A stretch of 47,515 nt of DNA from Muribaculaceae bacterium. Its GTDB lineage: Bacteria > Bacteroidota > Bacteroidia > Bacteroidales > Muribaculaceae. The stretch covers positions 1-47,515 of the forward strand of contig JAFXHY010000209.1 of the NCBI GenBank assembly GCA_017536215.1. The letters run 5' to 3'. How positions within the stretch are numbered: the first letter of the stretch is position 1; every line of letters begins with the position of its first letter. Below, in pieces: positions 39,910-47,515 of the stretch. The notes under the pieces are model-generated. The model saw nothing but the letters and a program-made list of their open reading frames with translations. It was not told where the DNA came from and did no database searches. Made by a program: the position numbers and the translations under genes.

Positions 39910-40200
39910 ATGGCAAAGAAAACTAAAAAATCCGCAGAGAACATCACAGCTCAAACAGCAGTTCCAGCCGTCGAGACTACTCCGGCTACATCAACTCCCA
40001 AGCTCATCGTGGCTCAACGCAAGTTCAACCGCTGGTATGTCTACTTCAAGGGCGTTGCCCCCAAGGACAATGTAGGCTGCGGATGCAAGACAGCCAAGAG
40101 TGCTATGCGCTATATGCACTTGCTCAGAGCTCGCTACGGAGCAACGATTTCACAAAACATCTATGAACGCCTCCAGTTCGAGGCCGCGAGAGAGGCGTAA
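39910..40200 (+). CDS. Small basic hypothetical protein
   Basis: A-rich leader; first gene of module C. Confidence 0.8.
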   Translation: MAKKTKKSAENITAQTAVPAVETTPATSTPKLIVAQRKFNRWYVYFKGVAPKDNVGCGCKTAKSAMRYMHLLRARYGATISQNIYERLQFEAAREA

Positions 40201-40248
40201 GCCTCCCTCGCTTTTAGCCCGAAAGTTAAACCGCTAATTCTCACAATC

Positions 40249-40452
40249 ATGTACGAATACATCTGCTACACAAAACAAGGAAAATGGAAGTTCAATGCTG
40301 ACAGCGATATGGACGCGATGCGCACAGCCCTTTATTACTGTTGGCGCGACGGCGAGGACTTTATCAAGGTCGAGTTCGTCAAAGGTTGCGAGAATTACAC
40401 GCTCTCAATCCTACATATCGACAACAATTCACGCGAAGTATTCACCCTCTAA
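40249..40452 (+). CDS. Small hypothetical protein
   Basis: Second gene of module C. Confidence 0.75.
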   Translation: MYEYICYTKQGKWKFNADSDMDAMRTALYYCWRDGEDFIKVEFVKGCENYTLSILHIDNNSREVFTL

Positions 40453-40463
40453 AACCCGAAACA

Positions 40464-40718
40464 ATGGAAATCAATTACGGCAAATTCACCGAACAAGAGC
40501 TGCAAGTAATCCTCGATGCAGCGCGTACTATCAACTACGCCTTTGGCACTCAATTTCCGAGCCACAGCGAGCAGATAGCTCTCCTGATTGAAGACCTGCA
40601 CTTCCGCATCATCAATCAAATAGTCATTCAGAGCTACAATGCACTTCGCAAGAAGTACATCGAGCGTGGCATCGACCCCGACGCTCCCGATTTCGTTCCC
40701 GACCATTTGGAGAAATAA
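40464..40718 (+). CDS. Small hypothetical protein
   Basis: Start MEINYGKF after AAACCCGAAACA; followed by a terminator. Confidence 0.75.
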   Translation: MEINYGKFTEQELQVILDAARTINYAFGTQFPSHSEQIALLIEDLHFRIINQIVIQSYNALRKKYIERGIDPDAPDFVPDHLEK

Positions 40719-40739
40719 CTTCTCCAAACCGTCCGCATC

Positions 40740-40772
40740 GCGGCTGCTCCCATAAGGGGAGTGGCCGCTTTT
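40740..40772 (+). terminator. Terminator of the module C operon
   Basis: GCGGCTGCTCCC-ATAAG-GGGAGTGGCCGC-TTTT. Confidence 0.8.
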
Positions 40773-40785
40773 GCTGTCTATCGGT

Positions 40786-40820
40786 GTCTTTTCGGCTGCA
40801 TCAACTGCAAACTACATTTG
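40786..40820 (+). promoter_or_regulatory. Candidate phage late promoter, copy 2
   Basis: GTCTTTT-N20-TACATTTG. Confidence 0.75.
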
Positions 40821-40824
40821 CAGT

Positions 40825-41925
40825 ATGATACGAATAGGATATTATTCATCGGGCATTATCTTCTCCGCAGACTTGCCCGATATTCAGGTTTTCACCGACC
40901 ACAGCTTCGCTGATGTTCGCTTGCTATATGGCGGCATCGAACTGCTGTCAGGACGTTACTATGCCAATAACGGCACAGTGACCGTCCACGACATCGCGCC
41001 GCTTATCGAGCAAGCTCTTTCGGGCGATACGGAGTTCAACACCGCCGAGTTCACCATCGAGGCTTGCAACGATGATGAAGATGCCGAGTCGGTCAGTTTT
41101 ACCGCCATGTTCTGCAACCGCGAGACTGGGTTGTATGACACTGCGCCGTGGTTGACCGAGAATTTTCTGACTACCGTCCGCACTCGTCGCATCGCCCCCA
41201 ACGGTTGGGCGCATCTGTCGTGGTACACAACCGAGCGCGAGGGCATCGTCCTTTTCGTGCTGATAACATACCTCGATGATAACGGCAACCGCCAAACGTA
41301 TCGTTGGCTGCACTCCGGCAACGGTCAGATTGCCCATATCAACGGAGTGCTGCACGTCTATTTCTCGCTCGATGATTTGCGCAATACGCTCCGAGAGAAA
41401 CGCAAGGTCAACAATCCGACCCTGCTTTCATTTACGGTGCAACGCGGCAACCGTATGGCTACCTATTTCGTTGACCCGGCACTCTCCGATGTGCCTGTGT
41501 TCCACTTCGCCAACTGCTTCAATATGCTTGAACAGTTGCCGGTGCAGGGTGTTACCACCTCGAAAATCAAGGCTGACCGCTCCATTGCCTCGCTCGGCAA
41601 GGACTCGCAATTCTATGATGTCACGGTCAGCAAGGAGTATGAAACGCAGACCGCACCGCTCACCTCGGAGGAGTGCGAGCTGATGGAACAGATGCTTACC
41701 TCTAATGATGTGCGCATACCATACGGCGAGGGCGCGGAATACGAAAATGACTTCTACGCCATGAAGTCGATAATGATTACCGACTTCACCTCGGAGATAC
41801 AGGACGGCGATGAAAAACTTAACTCCGTCAAGTTTACGTGGCGTTTCGTCCACAACTTGCCGAGTATCGCGCTGCCTGATACTCCCGGCATCTTCAATGA
41901 CAAGTTCAACCCGATTTACTCGTAA
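40825..41925 (+). CDS. Hypothetical phage (probably structural) protein
   Basis: Beta-rich ORF behind the late-promoter motif; C-terminus IFNDKFNPIYS. Confidence 0.7.
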   Translation: MIRIGYYSSGIIFSADLPDIQVFTDHSFADVRLLYGGIELLSGRYYANNGTVTVHDIAPLIEQALSGDTEFNTAEFTIEACNDDEDAESVSFTAMFCNRETGLYDTAPWLTENFLTTVRTRRIAPNGWAHLSWYTTEREGIVLFVLITYLDDNGNRQTYRWLHSGNGQIAHINGVLHVYFSLDDLRNTLREKRKVNNPTLLSFTVQRGNRMATYFVDPALSDVPVFHFANCFNMLEQLPVQGVTTSKIKADRSIASLGKDSQFYDVTVSKEYETQTAPLTSEECELMEQMLTSNDVRIPYGEGAEYENDFYAMKSIMITDFTSEIQDGDEKLNSVKFTWRFVHNLPSIALPDTPGIFNDKFNPIYS

Positions 41926-41928
41926 CCA

Positions 41929-42162
41929 ATGGCAAGGTCTATCCACATATCCACCGCTCGCGCGATGCTCAACTCCGGCGACCCTGTCGATATTTCCGTA
42001 TGGAAATCCGACGGCTCAATTCTTCACCTGCAAAATTGCATCTCGCTCCGATATGATTTTTACGGCGGTTGGCGCAACGTGAAGTTGCTGACCTCAGGCG
42101 AATGTCGCCGCGTCCGCGACTGCTGCATCTTCCGCGTCAACGACTTGGAAGTATTTCTTTGA
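41929..42162 (+). CDS. Hypothetical phage protein
   Basis: Starts 3 nt after the upstream stop; located near the portal gene. Confidence 0.75.
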   Translation: MARSIHISTARAMLNSGDPVDISVWKSDGSILHLQNCISLRYDFYGGWRNVKLLTSGECRRVRDCCIFRVNDLEVFL

Positions 42163-42247
42163 TATTCTCAATAATAAAGGTCAATCTTTGGTAATCAGAG
42201 AATTTTGTGCTAATTTTGCACATAGCAAACTTCAAAATTTTCTGCAT

Positions 42248-42619
42248 ATGAACTATAATGGTATACAAATGGCGGCAGTAATTAAAGCTGCAAATGCTAT
42301 GATAGCTGCCGATGGTCGTATAGACCAAGCCGAGACTCAACTGCTCTCTCGCGAACTTATCAACTTTGGTGTAGAGCCGCAACAGCTTCCGCAGCTTCTT
42401 GAACTCAGCAAAGTAATGGAACCCACTACTATGCTTGCAACTCTTGCTGCAATGAATGAGTCGCAAAAGAAATACGTTTCAGGATTCCTCGCTACAATTA
42501 TGATTAGTGATGGAGACATCGATGACTCGGAGATGAAGCTTTGGCAACTGACATCAACTCTGATGGGATGCCCAACTATGACTCTACAAGAGGCCCTCGA
42601 ATATTGGGGTAATAATTAA
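42248..42619 (+). CDS. TerB-family (tellurite-resistance-like) protein, moron
   Basis: IAADGRIDQAE and MISDGDIDDSE paired motifs; own TAATTTTG promoter; AT-rich. Confidence 0.8.
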   Translation: MNYNGIQMAAVIKAANAMIAADGRIDQAETQLLSRELINFGVEPQQLPQLLELSKVMEPTTMLATLAAMNESQKKYVSGFLATIMISDGDIDDSEMKLWQLTSTLMGCPTMTLQEALEYWGNN

Positions 42620-42634
42620 GACGCCTAAATAAGC

Positions 42635-42669
42635 GTCTTTTCGCATCCAACATACCGTCCATAACTTTG
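42635..42669 (+). promoter_or_regulatory. Candidate phage late promoter, copy 3
   Basis: GTCTTTT-N20-TAACTTTG. Confidence 0.75.
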
Positions 42670-42688
42670 CTGAAAATCTCAGCAAGTT

Positions 42689-44029
42689 ATGGACGCTTCT
42701 TTTTCTCTAAACTACAACTCCGTTGAGAACGTGCCGGGCTATGAAGCCCGTGCAGCGTTCATTGTCAACTCCGCATCCGTATTCAAGGAGGATGTGGATA
42801 TTGTGCCGACTATCGTAGACGATAGTCTGAGTTATATTCCGTGGGGCGGCGACAATCAGATGCCGTTCAATATTCTTGACCTTATCGAGAAAGACGAAAC
42901 ACTCGCCACCTGCCAGTGTTTCAACGCCGAGGTCTGTTATGGCGCAGGGCTCAGGTATGATACCTGCATCGCTTCCGCAGCGGTCAAGAGTGCCGTCGAG
43001 GACTTCACTCTTGACAACGACCTCGCCTCATACTTTCTCGGAGTGTCGCAGGACTTTAAGCACTTCGGCTTTGCCGTGTCGGTGCTTATTCTCAACGAGG
43101 ACGGCTCGCGCATCGTCCGTCTGTTGAGAAAGGAAGCCTGTTATTGCCGCTTCACACCGGCTGACAAACACGGTCGCATTTCCAAAATCCTTTACGCCAA
43201 TTGGCGCAAACCTCTCTCGTCGCGCAGCGACATCGAGGAAATAGACCTGCTCGACCCGGCTTCTCCGTGGCGAGATCTGCAAGACAAACTCGCCCAAAAA
43301 ACACACTGCCGCAAGTTCGCCATCGTCAGCCGTATTCCTACGGTTGACTCTACCTATTATCCTATTCCTTATTATGGTGCGTTGTTCCGAGGCAAGTGGT
43401 ACAACATCAAACAGCTTATCGGCATTGCTAAGGAAGCGAAGCTGAAAAATTCAGCGCCGATTAAGTACCACATCGAGATAGGCAAGACATACTGGGAGTC
43501 CATATTCCGTGCCGAGGGCATCACCGACCGCCGCAAGCAACAGGAGCGCATTGTGCGCGAGAAGCAGCAAATCCTCGATTTCCTGACAGGCGCGGAGAAC
43601 TCCGGGAAAGCCTGGTTCTCCACTTTCTACATCTCGCCCGACGGCAAAGAGCAGCACGATGTCGTAATCAACAAGATTGACGACTCGAAAGAGGGCGGCG
43701 ATTGGGAAACCGACATTCAAGAAGCAATCAATATGATATGCTTTACTATGCGTGTGCATAGTAACCTTGTCGGCTCAGTCCCCGGCAAAGCCCAGTCCAA
43801 CAACTCCGGCTCGGACAAGCGCGAACTTTACACAATCGCCCAAGCCCTTCAGAAACCGTATCACGACCTGCTCTTTACCGTCCATCGCATCATCATCCGC
43901 TTTAACAAGTGGGATAACGTCACCGTAGGTGTGCCGTTTATCCAACTTACGACTCTGGACGAACATCAAGACGCAAAGCAGGTTAAACTTCCAAACTCCA
44001 ACTCAGACAATGAAACTGATAACGACTGA
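42689..44029 (+). CDS. Portal protein
   Basis: 446 aa; YIPWGGDNQMP, YYPIPYY, LTGAENSGK, VHSNLVG, SGSDKRE pattern of Bacteroidetes phage portals. Confidence 0.8.
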   Translation: MDASFSLNYNSVENVPGYEARAAFIVNSASVFKEDVDIVPTIVDDSLSYIPWGGDNQMPFNILDLIEKDETLATCQCFNAEVCYGAGLRYDTCIASAAVKSAVEDFTLDNDLASYFLGVSQDFKHFGFAVSVLILNEDGSRIVRLLRKEACYCRFTPADKHGRISKILYANWRKPLSSRSDIEEIDLLDPASPWRDLQDKLAQKTHCRKFAIVSRIPTVDSTYYPIPYYGALFRGKWYNIKQLIGIAKEAKLKNSAPIKYHIEIGKTYWESIFRAEGITDRRKQQERIVREKQQILDFLTGAENSGKAWFSTFYISPDGKEQHDVVINKIDDSKEGGDWETDIQEAINMICFTMRVHSNLVGSVPGKAQSNNSGSDKRELYTIAQALQKPYHDLLFTVHRIIIRFNKWDNVTVGVPFIQLTTLDEHQDAKQVKLPNSNSDNETDND

Positions 44030-44846
44030 GGTGCAGTTACGCGCCCATATCCCCAACATCATCGCCACGGTCAAGGGCGAGATGCCCTATATCGAAAGGC
44101 TTGCGCACTTTCTCGACCTTGCCGAAGACTGGGTAAAAACGACTTTCACTTCGGAAAGTACGTTCAACACTATCTGCGGTTATACCGACAGCAACAATAT
44201 CAAGATATTGTGCAGCCGTTTGGTCGTTGCCGACGCTCTGCGCCGTGCAATTCCCTCGCTCGACATCGTGCTTACTCCAAATGGCTTTGGAGTTGTCAGC
44301 ACTCAGAATCTCGCGCCGGCATCCAAGCCACGTGTCGACAGGCTCGTCGGCTCGATGCTCGCTCACCGCGACGACTGCATCGCTGCACTTCTACCCGAAC
44401 TCGTCGGGGCATCGAAGTGGCTCACATCCAAGCAAGCCGACTTCTTCGGCGCAACACTTTTCCCTGACCTCGCTATCGTTGACAGCATCGGTAACGTGCA
44501 GGGATGCCGTTGGGAAAAGTATCTCGAACTCCGCTCAAAGGTCATAGACCTTGAAGCCTCGTTAGCCGAAGAATGGTTCTCTCGTGAGCTGATGGAAAGC
44601 CTCAGATATAGCAACCTTATCAAGCAGATAAGTTTCCAGAAAGCGTTAGTCGTGAATCAAATTCAATCCCAAATCGTGGGCTATCTTACAGTCGGGAGTT
44701 TCAATTCACGTCGCCTTGCCGACATAGTGAACTATATCCGTCAGGACGAGGACGAATTTCACGAATGGCATACATCGGAAACCGCGAAGCTGTTCTCGCC
44801 GCCGGTATTCCGCAACGAAAAGAAAGCGCGTGGCTATTTCTTCTGA
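44010..44846 (+). CDS. Putative head-completion/adaptor protein (DUF6712-like)
   Basis: Overlaps the portal stop; AIPSLDIVLTPNGFGVVS, APASKPRV. Confidence 0.6.
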   Translation: MKLITTEVQLRAHIPNIIATVKGEMPYIERLAHFLDLAEDWVKTTFTSESTFNTICGYTDSNNIKILCSRLVVADALRRAIPSLDIVLTPNGFGVVSTQNLAPASKPRVDRLVGSMLAHRDDCIAALLPELVGASKWLTSKQADFFGATLFPDLAIVDSIGNVQGCRWEKYLELRSKVIDLEASLAEEWFSRELMESLRYSNLIKQISFQKALVVNQIQSQIVGYLTVGSFNSRRLADIVNYIRQDEDEFHEWHTSETAKLFSPPVFRNEKKARGYFF

Positions 44847-45364
44847 GGCATACAGCAGTCGGTGAGCCACGAAGTCGCGGATGTTCCTTTGCTGATATGA
44901 TGAAACTGAGGGTCATGGCACGGGACACTGATTTTCCGAGGCGAAGTTAGAATATCCGCTCACTTGTCAAGGACACCGCAAGTTGTCTGCCATTCTCATA
45001 CTTCCGAAGCGCATCCAATCCTTGACATCTCCGTTCGCTACGGATATTCAATTACTTGCCCGTAAAATCTGAAGTGCCTCGGCACATAACCCCAAAAACA
45101 GTTTCATCATGATTACATCAGCAAATCACATCAAACAAGACGACTTCGTCAACCTCACCGACTATTCGGCTGTATGCCCCAAAGGCAAACGCACTTTCTT
45201 CACTTTCGTTCACTTCTTGGACTACTCGACGGCTCACTGGAGCAACATCTTCGCTCTCAACCGCAAGGATGCCATGACGCAAGTCCTCGCCAAGTTCTCG
45301 GACTGCATTGAGCATATCCGCGAAATCGCCCTCTATGAGAAAGACGTGGATTGAAACTCCCGAC
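44691..45364. repeat. Imperfect inverted repeat D (mirror of the 45109 gene, overlapping the 44010 CDS)
   Basis: GTCGGGAGTTTCAATTCACGTC (44691-44712) versus GACGTGGATTGAAACTCCCGAC (45343-45364), 21/22 complementary; also CAGTTTCATCAT, CGACTTCGT, CTCACCGACT, GCTGTATGCC, CGGATATTC, TCCTTGACA. Confidence 0.92.
45109..45354 (+). CDS. Small hypothetical protein (module D)
   Basis: Leader like those of modules B and C; hairpin at 45374-45402 downstream. Confidence 0.75.
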   Translation: MITSANHIKQDDFVNLTDYSAVCPKGKRTFFTFVHFLDYSTAHWSNIFALNRKDAMTQVLAKFSDCIEHIREIALYEKDVD

Positions 45365-45405
45365 CACGACTCTGCGACGGCTCCCCATTCGGGAGCCGTT
45401 GCCAT

Positions 45406-45440
45406 GTCTTTTCGGCAACCGGCTTTCCACCGTACTTTCG
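45406..45440 (+). promoter_or_regulatory. Candidate phage late promoter, copy 4
   Basis: GTCTTTT-N20-TACTTTCG. Confidence 0.7.
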
Positions 45441-45462
45441 CATAGTCAAATTACATTCAACT

Positions 45463-46209
45463 ATGCAGACAATTTCCATTAACTTCATCTTGCCGGATGA
45501 CTGGCAAGAATTGGGCGACAAACGACTTCGCTATGTCTACGAACTCATCGCCGCAGAACATACAACTGACGAGATAAAGACCATTTGCTTGCTTCGTTGG
45601 AGCGGCACAAAGGTTATCGGTCGTAAAGACAGCGGCTCGTATCTGCTTAAAAAAGGTAAACTTCTTTTTGAGGTTACGTCCGTGACCCTCGCAGAGCTAC
45701 TGCCGCATCTCGCATGGCTCGGCTCACTACCGACCGTTCCTGTCCGGCTCTCGAAAATCAACCGTCAGCAAGCACTTCCGGCTGACTTCGAGGGTGTGCC
45801 GTTTGAAACCTACATCATCTGCGATAACCTCTATCAAGGTTATCTGTCAACGCAGAATGATGCGCTTCTCGACCAACTCGGCGCTACGCTCTACGGCAAG
45901 TCAATGTCTTTCAAGCCGGCTGAGCGCATCAATATCTTCTACTGGTTCGCCGCGTTGAAAGAAACGCTGTCAAAGAAATACTCCGACTTCTTTCAGCCGT
46001 TGGCAGGTGTCGACGACGGCAACCTGCTCGGCTCGTCTACCTCGGTAGAGGATGCGATGAACGCACAAATTCGTGCGCTCACCAAAGGGGATATTACCAA
46101 AGAAGCCGAAGTCCTCGCCCTCGATACGCACCGTGCTTTAACGGAGTTAAACGCACAAGCGCGTGAATACAAGGAACTCAATGCCAAAATCAGCACCAAT
46201 GGGAAATAA
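45463..46209 (+). CDS. Hypothetical phage morphogenesis protein
   Basis: Long ORF in the structural module. Confidence 0.7.
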   Translation: MQTISINFILPDDWQELGDKRLRYVYELIAAEHTTDEIKTICLLRWSGTKVIGRKDSGSYLLKKGKLLFEVTSVTLAELLPHLAWLGSLPTVPVRLSKINRQQALPADFEGVPFETYIICDNLYQGYLSTQNDALLDQLGATLYGKSMSFKPAERINIFYWFAALKETLSKKYSDFFQPLAGVDDGNLLGSSTSVEDAMNAQIRALTKGDITKEAEVLALDTHRALTELNAQAREYKELNAKISTNGK

Positions 46210-46711
46210 CTCATCAACTCATTTACTCGGTCGTTGGGACGCATCGCTTTTCTTTGAAAATCTGTGCTTGACCAATGGACTTGCCAACGCTGAACACTTC
46301 GTGTTTTGTCGCGTCAGCGGTTTGGAGGGCTTCGAGGAAGCACTCGCGCAGATGCAGACCGCCACCGCGTTCTGCTGTGTCTCGGATATTGCCGACGGAT
46401 ATACAGAATTAAACAACACTCCGAGGACGCGGCGAGTAAAGACCGTTTTCCTCGCCATGCGCCACGCCGCCGAAGATATGGCGGCTCGCTCGGAGTGTAT
46501 GGAAATTATGCGCGAATTGTTCCGACAATTTATGTCGAAACTGATACTGGAGAAAACTCGGCTCGAAGAAAATTGCATTTACATCGACCCCCGAATATCG
46601 TTCAACGAGATTGACCGATACTTTTTCTCCGGCTGTGCTTGCGCATATTTCCAAATCGCTGTCGATGTCTACACCGATTTAAGATACAACGAAGATGAGT
46701 GGAACGGATGA
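46181..46711 (+). CDS. Hypothetical phage protein (possible tail completion)
   Basis: Overlaps both neighbours; start uncertain (46181 or 46199). Confidence 0.65.
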   Translation: MPKSAPMGNNSSTHLLGRWDASLFFENLCLTNGLANAEHFVFCRVSGLEGFEEALAQMQTATAFCCVSDIADGYTELNNTPRTRRVKTVFLAMRHAAEDMAARSECMEIMRELFRQFMSKLILEKTRLEENCIYIDPRISFNEIDRYFFSGCACAYFQIAVDVYTDLRYNEDEWNG

Positions 46712-47123
46712 ACAGCTTGAAGCCCGGCGTAAATACGTCCGTGCCTTCAACGCCACTATGGTAAAGATATGGCGCGAACAAATCGCACTGCTCGGAGCGG
46801 TAGACACAGGAGCGTTGTACCGCTCAACGGTCGGCATCTCCATAACTGCCGACGGAAAATTTATTGACATCACCCTCTCGCAAGCCTTTAATACATACGG
46901 ATTGTTTGTGGATTACGGTACGGGACGCAATACTCCGCGAGGCAACCCCGGCGACATTGGCAAAGCCAATGGTCGCAAACGCAAGCGTTGGTTCTCTCGC
47001 AAGTATTATGCCTCCGTGATGAACATTCAGGAATTTTATGCCGACAGCCTCGGACAAGAATTTTGTCGGGCAGTTTCCAACGCCCTCAATCCCGACATCA
47101 TGCGTCGGTCAGTGACACTCTGA
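46695..47123 (+). CDS. Putative neck/virion morphogenesis protein
   Basis: AVDTGALYRS, YGLFVDYGTG and RKRWF motifs of HK97 gp10-like proteins. Confidence 0.65.
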   Translation: MSGTDEQLEARRKYVRAFNATMVKIWREQIALLGAVDTGALYRSTVGISITADGKFIDITLSQAFNTYGLFVDYGTGRNTPRGNPGDIGKANGRKRKRWFSRKYYASVMNIQEFYADSLGQEFCRAVSNALNPDIMRRSVTL

Positions 47124-47136
47124 CCTCGCTTTACGT

Positions 47137-47171
47137 GTCTTTTCGTCTGTATAGTGATAGCCATAACTTTG
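47137..47171 (+). promoter_or_regulatory. Candidate phage late promoter, copy 5
   Basis: GTCTTTT-N20-TAACTTTG. Confidence 0.75.
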
Positions 47172-47192
47172 CTGCATCTAATCAGCATCGTT

Positions 47193-47515
47193 ATGGCTAT
47201 CGACACAAAATCAATAACCCAACTCATTACTGAGTTTCGCGCCATGCAAAGCAAGGACGCTGTCTCGCCCGAATCGCTTGGCTATATTCTGCAACGTCTT
47301 GCAGACCTTATAGCCACAGCCGGTACGGCTGAAACGCAGAAAATCATCAACGACTGGTACAACTCTTTGTCAAAGGTTGACCATATCGCTGTCTGCAAGT
47401 TGCAGCAAGGCTCGCCCGACCGTAACTTCGTTAGGCTCTCGAACACGTTCATTGACCTATTGACAGGTCAGCAAATGACTAACGAGAACGCAACCATCAT
47501 CAATATGGCGACCAC
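47193..47515 (+). CDS. 5' part of a phage protein, possibly tail fibre (runs off the window)
   Basis: MAIDTKSITQLITEFRAMQSKDAVSPESLGYILQ..., open to the window end. Confidence 0.7.
   Translation, partial: MAIDTKSITQLITEFRAMQSKDAVSPESLGYILQRLADLIATAGTAETQKIINDWYNSLSKVDHIAVCKLQQGSPDRNFVRLSNTFIDLLTGQQMTNENATIINMAT

Larger units (their letters stand above)
39063..40635. repeat. Giant imperfect inverted repeat C (mirror of a three-gene operon)
   Basis: Ordered matches ATCGTGGC, GCAAGTTCA, GGTATGTC, GTAGGCTG.GGATGC, AAGAGTGCT, GCCCGAAAGT, AAGGTCGAGTTC, GCTCTCAATCCT, GAAACAATGGAAATC, CGGCAAATT. Confidence 0.92.
12387..47515 (+). mobile_element. Prophage-like element integrated at tRNA-Lys; right end lies outside the window
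   Basis: Integrase next to the tRNA; repressor/Xis, primase, protease, capsid, terminase and portal genes; shift to higher GC. Left boundary inferred; attR not visible. Confidence 0.9.

Overview
The window is Bacteroidales chromosomal DNA (TAnnTTTG promoters, porQ-cmk-ispH, clpS-clpA-aat) from 1 to about 12.4 kb. A prophage-like element is integrated at tRNA-Lys(UUU) (12314-12386) and runs past the right edge. It encodes a tyrosine integrase, a repressor/Xis switch, a DnaG primase-helicase fusion, a Clp-type head protease, a capsid, terminase and portal, and AT-rich cargo that includes a BcgI-like RM system. The main discovery is four 'mirror-gene' modules at about 20807-22290, 38237-39056, 39063-40635 and 44691-45364. 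In each, ardA or small unknown genes are preceded by a degenerate inverted copy of themselves, so a single strand can fold into a 0.7-1.6 kb imperfect hairpin. The consensus -7 promoter box is present only on the mirror arm, and mismatches favour G-T wobble on the bottom strand. This suggests genes built for expression from single-stranded DNA (Frpo-like, but spanning the whole gene) inside a tailed-phage-like genome. One mirror is overprinted on a structural gene. Also seen: a five-copy candidate late promoter (GTCTTTT-N20-TAnnTTYG), a synonymously recoded duplicate of the terminase 3' end, a covarying 73-nt repeat after cargo genes, and two in-frame stops. All alignments were done by eye, so arm ends are approximate.
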